The notes under the pieces were generated by a model. The model made no database searches. It saw only the letters and a program-made list of their open reading frames with translations, and was not told the origin of the DNA. The translations under genes and the position numbers were made by a program. Shown here in pieces: positions 1-10,925 of a stretch of DNA of 38,127 bases (position 1 is its first letter; the number at the start of each line of letters is the position of its first letter). Source of the DNA: Nemertoderma westbladi (Eukaryota; Animalia; Xenacoelomorpha); the NCBI GenBank assembly GCA_032718475.1, contig JAUCBJ010001138.1, positions 1 to 38,127 of the forward strand, given 5' to 3'.

Positions 1-681
1 GTTCGCAACAACATTGATAAATTCCACAATGACCTATTTGATGAAGCGAGAAAGATGGCCGATTCACTTGACATTCCTGTGGAGAAGCCCCGGACATGTA
101 TCAGACAAACCAAGCGCAGTAATGTACCCGCCGAGGATCCTAGTGAATATTATCGGAGATCCGTTACGATTCCGCTGATTGATCACTTAATATTAGAAAT
201 GGGAACTCGGTTCACATGCTTACAGGAGAGAGCGACTATGGGACTTACACTTGTTCCTTCCATGATGAAAGCCAGACCAACCATCGATAAATTCGAATTC
301 TTTTTTGATGATGTCGACAAGCACTGCCTTGCAAGTGAGATCCACCAGTGGTTCATAATGTGGAAAGGTCGTGAAGATGCCCCAACAACGATTGTTGATG
401 CAGCAAATGCATGTGACGAGGATTTTTTCCCCAATGTGAAGCGTGTTCTACAAATCAGTGCGTTGTTCCCGGTAACCAGTTGTGAGTGTGAGAGGTGCAT
501 CAGTGTAATCCGTCTCCTCAAAACTTACCTACGGTCAACTATGGGCCAAGACAGATTTACATCTCTTGCACTAATGTATGTCCATCGGGAAATTGACATA
601 AACCACGACGATGTTGTTAAAGAGTTTAGTAGGAGACAGCCACGCCGTATTCTTCTACCAAATATTATTTTCGAAACATAG
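1..681 (+). CDS. hAT transposase, C-terminal part (hAT dimerisation domain, ZMYM/PRKRIR-like); 5'-truncated by the window edge
   Basis: The frame is open from base 1. Motifs YYRRSVTIPLIDHL and FPNV..LQI..LFPVTSCECERCISVIRLLKTYLRSTMGQDRFTSLALMYVHRE match the hAT dimerisation domain. Confidence 0.9.
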   Translation, partial: VRNNIDKFHNDLFDEARKMADSLDIPVEKPRTCIRQTKRSNVPAEDPSEYYRRSVTIPLIDHLILEMGTRFTCLQERATMGLTLVPSMMKARPTIDKFEFFFDDVDKHCLASEIHQWFIMWKGREDAPTTIVDAANACDEDFFPNVKRVLQISALFPVTSCECERCISVIRLLKTYLRSTMGQDRFTSLALMYVHREIDINHDDVVKEFSRRQPRRILLPNIIFET

Positions 682-926
682 AGTAAAAGGATAAAGGGTT
701 TAACACTTATTATTATTAATATTATACTCATTACATATCCAGTATCATTACAGTACTATTATATACTCAATAATATTATGTAGTTTTAATCTGTTTTTTG
801 TGTATAAATAGTTATAAATGTTACCTTCTGATTCATTTGGTTTTAAAAGAAAACATTTGACACAAAAAGAACACCAAAAATATTTTTGGAATTTTTTATA
901 AATGAATTGTTGTGGGGTGGGATGCG

Positions 927-1031
927 AAAAATATCAACCACCCCTATTGGGTCTCGAACCCGGTACCAAGGTTTCAAACTTCCGTTATCATCAGCCGAGT
1001 GTGTGTCCTAAGACCACTGAGCTACCAGGGC
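927..1031 (-). promoter_or_regulatory. tRNA-type (type 2) RNA polymerase III internal promoter with T5 terminator
   Basis: The minus strand reads GCCCTGG-TAGCTCAGTGG (A box 1024-1014, at tRNA position 8), then GGTTCGAGACC (B box 960-950), then TTTTT (931-927). Confidence 0.7.
958..1000 (-). ncRNA. Minimal type I hammerhead ribozyme
   Basis: Minus strand: ACUCGG CUGAUGA UAAC-GGAA-GUUU GAAA CC-UU-GG UA^CCGGGU. Stem I is 6 bp, the CUGAUGA/GAAA/UH core is complete, stem II is AAC/GUU with a GGAA loop (first pair U-U, non-canonical), and stem III is very short. Predicted cleavage lies between 964 and 963. Confidence 0.75.
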
Positions 1032-1180
1032 GGTAGAAGATTTATTCGCTATGGAGTGGGGTATCATTGGGTACCGGGTTCGAGCCCCAATAGGGGCGGT
1101 TGATATTTTTCGCTATGGAGAGCATTATCATAATGTACTATAACATATATATTTTTGGAATTTTGCTCGCCCCTGATTTA

Positions 1181-1214
<34 letters not shown>

Positions 1215-1856
1215 CTAGGTAACCTCTGGATCCGCCCCTGGCTAGGTAAGGAACCCTTTTACGCAACCATTAAGAAAATTGCTAACTCCTTGCAGCAGAC
1301 TTTTTCATAACTCGACCAAATAGCCATTATCCTAATGCCTTCCAGCATAACTTTTTGGATAGCCCAGCTAATAGTCATTATACTAATTACTAAAGTTCCC
1401 AGTAAAACTTTATGGTCAAGTAAAGCAAGCTGTAAGCAAACAGTCAGCCGGAGGCGACCCGAAGGCTCCCCCTTTCGATAGCTACCACCCGAATAATACT
1501 AAAATAAATAATCATTAATTATCGGTTTAATTAAAGTGGACAAATATATATTTAATGTTAGGGAAATTAGATGATAATTATTGTTTATATGTTTTAACAT
1601 CCATAGATTTTATAAATTATTAAGTAATTTAACAGGACTTAAGAGGATCCAACTCTATAGCAAATAGAGCGGAAAAAATGAATTCTCCACCAGTGGGGAT
1701 TCATTTTGTATTCACATACATATAACTTATTAGATTTGCACATAACAAATGCCTGTACTGAACGTCAGCACGTGTACCTGTGTACTGCTGTGCTAGGCCT
1801 CATATACCTACAGACCTATATCAACAACCTCTGCCCGTGAGAGGGCAGAGGGCGCG

Positions 1857-4800
1857 ATGGCCGGCAGCCTGGACGCCTCCGCGATGAACCGGAGCATTGT
1901 TGGGCACTCCTCCTGCCCACAGTGCCGCCGGGAAATCGCGGTAAACTCCGACGGGCGACTCCGTGTCCACGGACTGCTCGCCAGTAGGTGTCCAGGCTCG
2001 CGTACCCCCACCGGAACTGTACTCCCTTCATCCCTCCGTCCTCCACCTCCTACATCTACACCTCCACCCACTACTTCCACCCCTATTCCTCTACCACCGT
2101 GCCCCCCGACTTTCGACTGGGCCACCCTTGGGGAGTGGGATGTCTTGGCATGCGCTGCGGAACTGCAAACAACGGCAGCTGCGCCACATCCCCAGGGCCG
2201 CGCGTACCAACTTCGCAGACCTCCTCGCTGACATCCTCGGGGAGGTAGCCACGCGACCCAACGAGCCCCAGGGGTGGCTTAAACTATTAACTGTCAGCCA
2301 CCACTGCCTCGCCACGCCCAAACGAGGGGGTCGGCGCCACACTCGGTCACTCGATGCCACAATCAACGCGCCAGTGGCCGCCTTCCGTGCCGACCCCTTC
2401 GCAGACTCTAACTCCCCCGCCCCCCCAACTACCACGAAGAAGCGTGGTGATGTGGAGCGACTCGTGACTGCCGTAGCCGAAAAGATCGAGGACTCTGACG
2501 TGAAGGGCGCCATCCAGTTGGCATCCTCAGCGGACTCACTTGCGCCCACCACGCCGGAGACACTGGAGGCGTTGCGGAAGAAACACCCCGCACGGCCCGA
2601 TGACCGCCGTCCCAACCCACCTCCAGTGGACCTCAATGATACGGCCTCGCCTTTTTCTTCTACTATCGCCCGCAGACTTATCCTGTCATTCCCGAGTGGC
2701 AGTGCCGGAGGACCAGATGGGTTGCGGCCCCAAATACTCAAAGACCTGATCTCCCCCACCAACGGAGAGGCCGCGGCCCGTCTTTTACAACGACTCTCGG
2801 GATTCCTGGACACCACCACCTCTGGAGAAATTCCCCTCACCATCCGCCCCACCTTCTACGGCGCGAAACTCCATGCTCGAAACTGTGTACCAGTGTTGCC
2901 CCAGCGTGTACAACTCCACGCTGGCGGCGTACGGAGCGCCTAGCTTCCTCCTCCATGGGGAGGATACACTCCTCTCTGAGGAAGGAGTTCAGCAAGGCGA
3001 TGCGGATGGACCCCGGCTTTTCGGCGACACGGTGAACCCATTCATCCAGTCGCTGCAGTCGAGGTTTAACATCTGGTACCTAGACGACGGGAATCTCGCT
3101 GACCACTACCGGGTGGTGTTAGACGACCTCCGATCCGTCATCCTCGAGGGAGGTCGTTGCGGACTCCGGATCAACCCCTCCAAGTCGGAACTCTTCTTCC
3201 TTGGGGAGGAATCTCCGGAGTCCCGTCTATCCATCCAATGCGGGTTCGACGAGGTCTGCGAGGGGATTCAGGTGCGCCCACTAGAAGACCTGAAGATCCT
3301 GGGCGCACCCATAGGAGACAATGCCATCGTCTCCTGTCTCGACAACAAACTCGCGGACCTCCGGACTCTCGTCTCCCGACTCCCTCTCCTCGACTCCCAT
3401 CACGCTTTCTTCCTCCTGCAGTGCTCCTTCACCATTCCGCGACTGACGTACTTCCTCCGAACGGCTCCGTGTTTCGACTTCCCGGGGCTGCTGGAGGAGT
3501 ACGATTCCATCCAGCGGAGCACCCTGCAGGAGATCTCCAACGTCCACCTGGACGACTCCGCGTGGGCGCAATCCTGTTTGCCTGAGCGTTGCGGGGGTCT
3601 AGGACTGACCTCGGCTGTGCAGCTCGCACCTTCCGCCTTTCTGGCTTCCGCGGCTGCCTGCTCTGGTCTCTCCTACTCCCTCTTTGAGTCTCCGGTGGAC
3701 GCCCCCCTCCCCATCCCACAACCGTGCCCTCGCTGCGTGGTCAACGACTCTCGATCCTGTCGTGACCCCCGTTCCCCCGCCACTGGCGCCACCATCCTTT
3801 ACGCCACCACCACCACACGCGACGCCACCGCCACCATCCGCGACACCACCGCCTCCACCACCCACGACGCCACAACCCACGACGCCACCGCCACCAGCCC
3901 TGACACCACCGCCCTCCACCCACGACGACGCCACCACCCACTACGCCACCGCTACCACCCGTGACATCACCGCCTCCACCCACGACGCTACCACCCACGA
4001 CGCCACCGCCACCGTCCGCAACACCAACCACCCCCGCTGCTTTTCCGTCCGCGGCCACCAAGCAGTGGGCCTACCTGGCCCCTGTCCACAGGCCAGGCTA
4101 ACAGCCCTGCGGGAGTCCCTCCCACCATCCGGGGTGGCGAGGTTGAACTCCCTGGACCACCCCGCCGCAGGCTGCTGGCTTGACGCCATCCCCGTCAGCT
4201 CTCTGGGACTGAAGCTGACGGACTCGCAGTTCCGGATCTCGGTCGGCACTCGCCTTGGGTGCAGGCTAACCGAGCCCCACAGCTGTGCCCGGTGTGGCAA
4301 GGATGTTCTGTCGGATGGCCTTCATGGGCTATCCTGCTCTAGGAGCCTCGGCAGACTTCCGCGCCACTCAATGGTTAATGACATTGTTCGCCGGGCGCTC
4401 ATCAGCTGTGGCGTCCCGCTACGCTCGAGCTCTAGGCTTGTGTAGAGGGGATGGGAAGCGAGTAGATGGCGTCACCCTGGTCCCGTGGAGCCGCGGACGG
4501 TTCCTCACGTGGGACGCGACGGTGGCGGACCCTCTGGCACCCAGCCACCTCGCCCATACTCTTTCCGCGGGAGGCCGTACTGCGGAGGAAGCGGAATCTC
4601 TAAAGATCCGCAAATATCAGGAACTCATGGACCGGGGCTACCTCTTCCACCCGGTAGCCTACGAGACCTTGGGCCGCCCCGGCCCTGAAACATCCGAGTT
4701 CCTGAAGGAGATCGGGGCCAGACTCCACTCTGTCACCCAGGAGCCCCGATCTCACCGCTTCCTCCTGCAGAGGCTGGCCATCGCCATCCTAGTCGGCAAT

Positions 4801-4878
4801 GCGGCCTCCATCATAGGGACTGTGGACCCCTCACTCAGCAATAACGAGGGACTCTACGAGGTGGTCCACGGTCCCTAA
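1857..4878 (+). pseudogene. CRE retrotransposon polyprotein (zinc finger-RT-CCHC-RLE), split over ORFs 1857, 1963, 2873, 3684 and 4285 by frameshifts and an internal RT deletion
   Basis: Conserved motifs pass from frame to frame at about 2130, 2872, 3700 and 4420. The RT segment between GAKL and MLETV (the RPIAVG..LD..NAFN part) is missing. Confidence 0.85.
3790..4030 (+). repeat. Degenerate C-rich tandem repeat (about 60-bp units built of CCACC/CACGACG) inside the CRE ORF
   Basis: Units such as GACACCACCGCCTCCACC..CACGACGCCAC recur at about 3841, 3901 and 3962. Confidence 0.7.
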
Positions 4879-7099
4879 CCCACCCCCCCCCCCCCCCCCC
4901 CCCCGATACTCATTGTGCTTTTTGTATTTAGTAGTTTAGTTTAGTTATTTTATACACAATCTATAGTTTTTTGGTAATATTTAATATAGATTACATAATA
5001 GTTAGTTTAGAGAAGATATATGAAGATAAATTCCATGCGAACATCTTTTGGTATTAAATTTTCTTGCAATCAATCTTCGGTGCATTCAATATCAACGATC
5101 TTCGATTTCAGAGACACTGTTGGTTGGGCCAATAAAAGATGAACACCGGAAAGAAAATAGTTGATTGTACTGTTTACGGTATACTGCGAATGCGACACAG
5201 CAATGCTAAGGAAAAAATGATTTGAAAGGATATTTATTTAATTAAAATAAATCATGCATGATTTTTTTTTAGATACGTTTAGCTCATACACACCACAGTG
5301 CATTAATTATTCCATAGAAGAGTTTTAATAATTTTGTGGAGTGGGAGGAGGATGATCGAGGATTATTGGTGGCCAGCCTAATACAGTAGTAGAATAATTT
5401 ATTAACCTTCATTGAGATGTACAGATGAAGATGTAGTCCCAAATTGCAAGTACTTATCAGTTGTTTGATAAGCAGGTAAACTTCCAGACTAGCACTTCAT
5501 CAGGTAATCATCATCAAGGCAGACAACTAATAATGTATCAAAGGTTAATTTTTGTGTTTAATGTGCAAACAAACATAAATAATCTCCATTATTTATAATA
5601 TAATATTTGTCTTTCATTATTGACAAAATCTAATAATAATTATTATAAGTTTTATGAACCATTTGGCTGAAAATGTTTAGACTAATTTGTAGGTTTCTTT
5701 GTGTTATATTTCATAAGAGTAAAATTTTCAATTAAATTGAAAATCTATGTACCCTGATAGGTGATCAACAATGTTGATGGATAAGTGAAAAGCTCAGCTG
5801 CAATCAAAGTCAGGCAGATTCCATGATATGAACCATTTAATGTATACCTTAATTGGGACAGCAGCAACCAGACCTGATTCCTTCACAGATTCCGCATTAC
5901 CAGGGTTGTAAAGACTTTCACTGCATTGACTTGACAGTCACAGACAATGTTCCTACAATAGTTCCGATATATATTATATATCAGGGGTAATTCAGTGACA
6001 TGACCCCAACAAATCTAATCTGAAAATCTTAATGAAATGCATAAAATTTGAAAAAGAGATAGGTTAACAGCCCTCGTCATTCCTAGGTGAACCATAATTT
6101 TTATTTGTGCTTTCAATCGTTGCTACAAGCGTTAAAAATAAATAATCGTTATCTCTGATATTTCACTAATTACACCGCAGTAATTCATCAACCTTATAGT
6201 GAGTTGTTGGATTAAAGGCCGTGTAAGGATATCCAAATGTGTAAAAACATTTGAATTTGGTTGAAAACTGCTGAGATATAGTAATTAGAAAATTTCATGT
6301 ATTTGCTTCCACTACAGGCCATTTATTTCATTTAATAAATACAACATGTTCTAGAACATTTTGTTTATATATGAATATCCACATCAAGGCGTCCTAAACA
6401 ATAGTTTAGGACACCTTCATCCACGTAATAGTACTATTATATAGGTCCCTTATATATTCCCAATGGATGGATACTTATCATCAGGTGATGAGCTTCGAGT
6501 GGAAGATCGAATAAGACGTCGGGATGGTACGACTAAGCGGGACTGGAGAAATAGCATAGGATTCAAGGTAAGATGGTGTTGCAGAGAGAGATGATATATA
6601 ATATAGACTCTAATTAATAGTCATTGTACTACAGGGATAGTAGTAAAATAGGCACACATACAAGTGGGAGGATGCATACACAACCCAAAAGATTATTCAA
6701 GCTTCACAGTCGCGAATTTAATTATTTTGCTTGAACATATTTGAACTAAATTTGGGAAAATTAGCTTTAATGTTATGTTGCATAATTAAGACTAATTGAT
6801 TTTACATTACAGTACTGCTGCTGCAGTTCTGTACCCAGTGCCCAGTATCTTGTGTAGCTGCCATCATTTTGTAATTTTGTCTGTGTCCAGGTCTCATCCC
6901 AGAATAAAAGTACACATTCCACTGTGGCTTGAAGAACTTAATCTTCAGGTGTTTTGATAGAGCTACCCATGCCTTTGCATTCCTAACTTCTATGCATTTT
7001 TTTGCTATACTCTATCCATGACCCCAAGGTACAGGAAGCCATCAACATTCCTTAGTTGATTATTATTGATTGTTGTCAAGTTTCCATCAACATTAAAAG

Positions 7100-7800
7100 T
7101 CATGAATTCGGTTTTTATATATGGCTGTTATCTTTGTTGACATCTTCAAAGCCTTTGATTCAGTGTCTGGCTCACATATGTCCAACATACTTTCAATATA
7201 TGGGATTCCTGATGAATTTATTGCAGCAATCAGATCAGTATACAACATTTGTGTCTACTGTTGACGGCAGAACCATTCGAAGTGTTATGGGGAGTCCTCC
7301 AGAGCACCATTCTTATACATAATTGTGGTTGACTATGTTCTACGCATGTCCTTAGATCATCATAATGATGATGTGGTGATGGTAACTCCACCTACTGACT
7401 CCAGAAGTCAAGAAATTCCTGCCAAGTACCTAACTGATCTAGACTTTGCTGATGACGTAAGAGTATTCCCAGAATCACTAGAGGGAGCCCAATGGCTCCT
7501 CAGCTCAATAGATCTCTCAGTTCAGGCTGCGTCTAGTTTTGGTCTTATTGTTAACTCCAAAAAGACCAAAATTTTGACAGTTAACTTTGAATGTCCTCAG
7601 CAAATCTCTGATCAGATGAGCATAAGCTCAGAGGATGGTATGCTTGAGCATGTGGACGACTTCTGTTACCTGGAATCCTGGATCCAGAAGTCAGGTGAGG
7701 ACCTTCGAATATGTAAGAGAATGGCATGGGCAGCATTGAATGGGCTTTCCAGGATTTGGAAGTCACACAGAATTCATCAGAAACTTAAGGTCCGATTGGG
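7100..7800 (+). mobile_element. RTE-clade non-LTR retrotransposon RT fragment (decayed)
   Basis: Motifs FVD..KAFDSV, VVDYVLR, LTDLDFADD, VNSKKTK and DDFCYL.SW. It shares long identical stretches with the minus-strand copy at 31150-32430. Confidence 0.82.
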
Positions 7801-8034
7801 AAGGGTTTGGGTTGGGGAGGGGGGTGGCAGTTACATAACTAGCAGCAGTACATTCCTTTTATCTTGTCGGTTAAATGTACTCTACCTACTGCACTCTTTC
7901 TAAAGGGCCAACAACAACTTACTAGCGAAAGCTACTGCATTGTTGGTCCTGCAATATTCATACACTTTCACATCAAATAGTGAATTTATTAGTACTTATT
8001 ATTGCAAATTAAATTAAAAGTTAAGTTAAACAGT

Positions 8035-8360
8035 AAGAAGTTCACAGCACACATGCAGACTGAAGCAGATAGGCCTACTTAAAATCTATATGATCTAAAG
8101 AGTGCCGCTGTCACTACCTAATGGTAAATAAACAATGCAGGTCCAGCAGGATGAGTGACAGATGATGTCACAGCCAGTTCTTGTTTTCTTGGACTAAGAG
8201 CTCTTGGACTCTTGGCAGCAGGGGCTGACGAACACCGGCCGTCACTCATCCTGGACTTGACCTGCATCGTTTATTTGACAAAAGGTAGATGTGTTTAATG
8301 ATGTGTTTAAATCATTTAGCTTTAAGTAGGCTGGCCTACCTGTGTGTAGTGCACTTCTTG
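8035..8360. repeat. Degenerate foldback / MITE-like inverted repeat
   Basis: AAATAAACAATGCAGGTCCAGCAGGATGAGTGAC (8126-8159) is inverted at 8241-8276; outer arms GCCTACTTAAA/TTTAAGTAGGC also match. Confidence 0.55.
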
Positions 8361-9139
8361 CTTGTCCGCTATGCTTAATCTCTAAAATCACATATGGATT
8401 ATTCTCCATATATACGGATATGGGTATAGCCCAAGGCGATACCTAGTACAGGCCATGACACCGGAATTCTGGCCTCTGCTAGTGGAGGCCGATAATTTGG
8501 TACCGGTACTGCTGAACTACTGCAGCAGTACACAGTACAGCTGTCTGACTGTATATTTGTATTGTAGCTGTAGGCCTATCTTTCACTGCTGCTTCCATGT
8601 ACTCTAACTGGGTTGAATCTGTATCGAATTCATGCTTATCTGCTTATGGAAGGTGGTCTCAGTGACTAATGAAGTAGGTACTGTGAAATGCACTGTGTGC
8701 TAGTGGCTAGTGCTGTAGTGAGCGGGATAATCCTATTTCCAGCAGGCAAAGTCTGTTCTAATACCGGTACCGGTAATTCTAATAATAATTAAACGTGGTC
8801 TGGGTAGGGCTCTGGTTTACCGGGATTAAGAAAAACAGGTCTCTGTTTCAACTCTCATTCATTCATTCATTATTTTATTCAGTAAAACTCATTATGCAAC
8901 AAAACATACATGAGGCAGTTTGTACACGAGGTACCTACTGATAATTGACTGAATAAGTGTCACAGGGCGGCATGTATCTATGATGCATGTTTCTAACTAA
9001 ATATACATATAAGCTACTGTATCTAATAATTCCTAACTAAACGGTAGTACACTACACAGCACAATAAACGTGAACATAATGAACAAAACAACATTAAATG
9101 TGAACTAATGAACATATTAAAACTCGAGATCCGGATCGA

Positions 9140-10034
9140 AAACCCATCGACTCTATGATGTCACCTTCTATTCAATTTCTAAAGGAACTCGCAGTTTTAG
9201 CTCAACAATTAAGAACCCCAAAAATACGTAATCGAACTCATAATCTCACACAAGACACTGCAGATGCATCGAGCCATAATTGTTTGGCTATGGTAGACTT
9301 GGCTGAACACCTATTGACAACGAATCTACCTTATAAGCACGAACTGGTCGCATATGGTCAGTTTAGTGATGATTTTATCGAAGAACTTTTTGCACACTTT
9401 CGTCGCAGCGCTGGGTGAAATTATGATATAAGCGTGTGCCAAGTTTTCGAAACCAACAGAATCGATACGGTTCGTGCTGTTATTGGGCAAATGGGTTCGA
9501 CTACTTCGGGTAGCCCACGTCATCTTTGTGAAAATTGTTCAGAGCCATTAAAGGAAGAGGAACTTACCGTAATTGACTCATTATGTTTCTTGGCAGAAGA
9601 ATGTTCTTCGGATACTCAATCTGCATCCCTGTATGTTGCTGGCTATATCGCTTCGCGGCAGCCGCAGTTCAAAGCACCTGACACTGAAACCCCGTCGTCA
9701 CACTGGATATTTTGACACTCTAAACAGGGCCAGGGGCGGACTCTCAGTTCCCAATGGTAGTCTGCTTACTATAACAATATTTTGTATACTTTTTTTCACA
9801 TATATTCCTGAGCAAAATAGGAGATCTTTTTGTCGTAAACGAATGTCGAATGCATTTAATTTCATTGCTGATATGTTTTTTCCGAAGCTATTTACAACCA
9901 AGGTATATTCCATTCCAGCTAATCTTATTCTTAATAATTATACCAAATTAGTCAATCGCGCAAATTTAAAAAAACCTACCAAAAATGGAAGATCTTCCCA
10001 AATTCGTAAAATAAAAAAATTATCCTCCGTTTAA
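9140..10034 (+). pseudogene. P-superfamily (THAP9/P-element-like) transposase C-terminal remnant
   Basis: GQFSDDFIEELFAHFRRSAG*NYDISV.QVFE, LYVAGYI and LNRARGGL.VP occur across three broken ORFs, with one in-frame stop and one frameshift. Confidence 0.7.
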
Positions 10035-10756
10035 ATATTTGTTACATTTCGTTAAAGTATTAGTTTACTTAATAATAAAGTAGGTATTTTGAATATATTG
10101 TAATTTATTGTATAATATATTTTATATCAATTATATATTTGTAAATTCTAATTTAATTTCTATCTTCTAATTTAACTTCTCTAATTTAAATATCAATAAA
10201 TAATAAATAAAATTGATAATAAATAATAACAAAAAATGAATAATAATGCTGAATTTAGAATGTTTTGTGACATCATTATTCATTTTCATTCTAGATTGTT
10301 TTACCCACGCCTACTCCAACACTACTTCGAGTTATATAGAAACTGATGTTATTATTCCATATATTGTCTACATATTATGCAATATATTAGAAGTCTATTA
10401 ATATACTGACTGATATTAATATAATATACTGATATTAATATAATAATATACTGATATTATAATTCAATTTGATATTAATTCATCATAATTCATACAGTAC
10501 TGTTTATCTATTCCCCATTTCAATTTTGGTTAATCAACTCGCGTTCGACTCAGCAGAGTTATTTTATTTAGAATCTGACATATCTCAGGATCAGTTTGTT
10601 CGCAAAATGGAGAGCGCACAATGTACACATTTAAATGACCAATTAACAACTCTGCCGTCAATAACTATAACTAACTTTTAAACGTGTCATCATTTATAAT
10701 TTACTTACATAATTAATCTAGTCACAGTTACATTACATACGAGGGTTTGAGACCTA

Positions 10757-10925
10757 GTTGCCGAAACGCAACTTCAGTTCGCCGAAATGCAGCAACTACG
10801 AGTTGCCGAAATGCAACTAAGAGTTGCCGAAACACAACTATAGTAGTTGGTGAAACGTAATTGTTCAGTTGCCGAAACGCGAATTTGAGTTGCCTAAACG
10901 TGACAGTTGCCGAAACGCGACGTAA
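10757..10925. repeat. Array of about 8 AGTTGCCGAAAC motifs at roughly 20-23 bp spacing (transposon subterminal-type repeat)
   Basis: Repeated (A)GTTGCCGAAA(C/T)GC read directly from the sequence. Confidence 0.75.

Larger units (their letters stand above)
896..1148 (-). mobile_element. Short retroposon (tRNA-derived head plus hammerhead; SINE/retrozyme/Penelope-dependent type) inserted in the hAT 3' region
   Basis: A 16-bp direct repeat ATATTTTTGGAATTTT at 880-895 and 1149-1164 forms the TSD. There is an internal 44-bp inverted repeat (924-967 vs 1070-1113) and Pol III A/B boxes on the minus strand. Confidence 0.8.
1..1240 (+). mobile_element. 3' part of a hAT DNA transposon
   Basis: Transposase ORF, AT-rich 3' region and poly-C tract, then a terminus ...CTCTGGATCCGCCCCTG (reverse complement CAGGGGCGGATCCAGAG), a hAT-like TIR ending at 1240. 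The left TIR lies outside the window. Confidence 0.75.
1810..4960 (+). mobile_element. CRE-clade non-LTR retrotransposon (RT plus restriction-like endonuclease), disrupted; ends approximate
   Basis: GC-rich island with N-terminal zinc finger CPQC..H..C, GSAGGPDGLRPQILKDL, GVQQGD, WYLDDG, GGLGL, CCHC (CARC..H..C), RH..VND and RLE motifs KRVDG..WDAT..K..KY..ETLG. Confidence 0.88.

Noticed and set aside
927-1031. Functional tRNA gene
   Set aside because: It has A/B boxes but no proper anticodon arm, the acceptor stem is imperfect, and it sits inside a TSD-flanked insertion.
1183-1212. Poly-C tract as a special element
   Set aside because: It is a homopolymer within the hAT end and its length is unreliable in assemblies.
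1808-4688. Overlapping antisense and alternate-frame ORFs in the GC-rich region
   Set aside because: These are shadow ORFs of the GC-rich CRE element, with no recognisable motifs.
5470-5510. Minus-strand CTGATGA as a hammerhead core
   Set aside because: It is followed by GAAG rather than GAAA, and has no convincing stems I and III.
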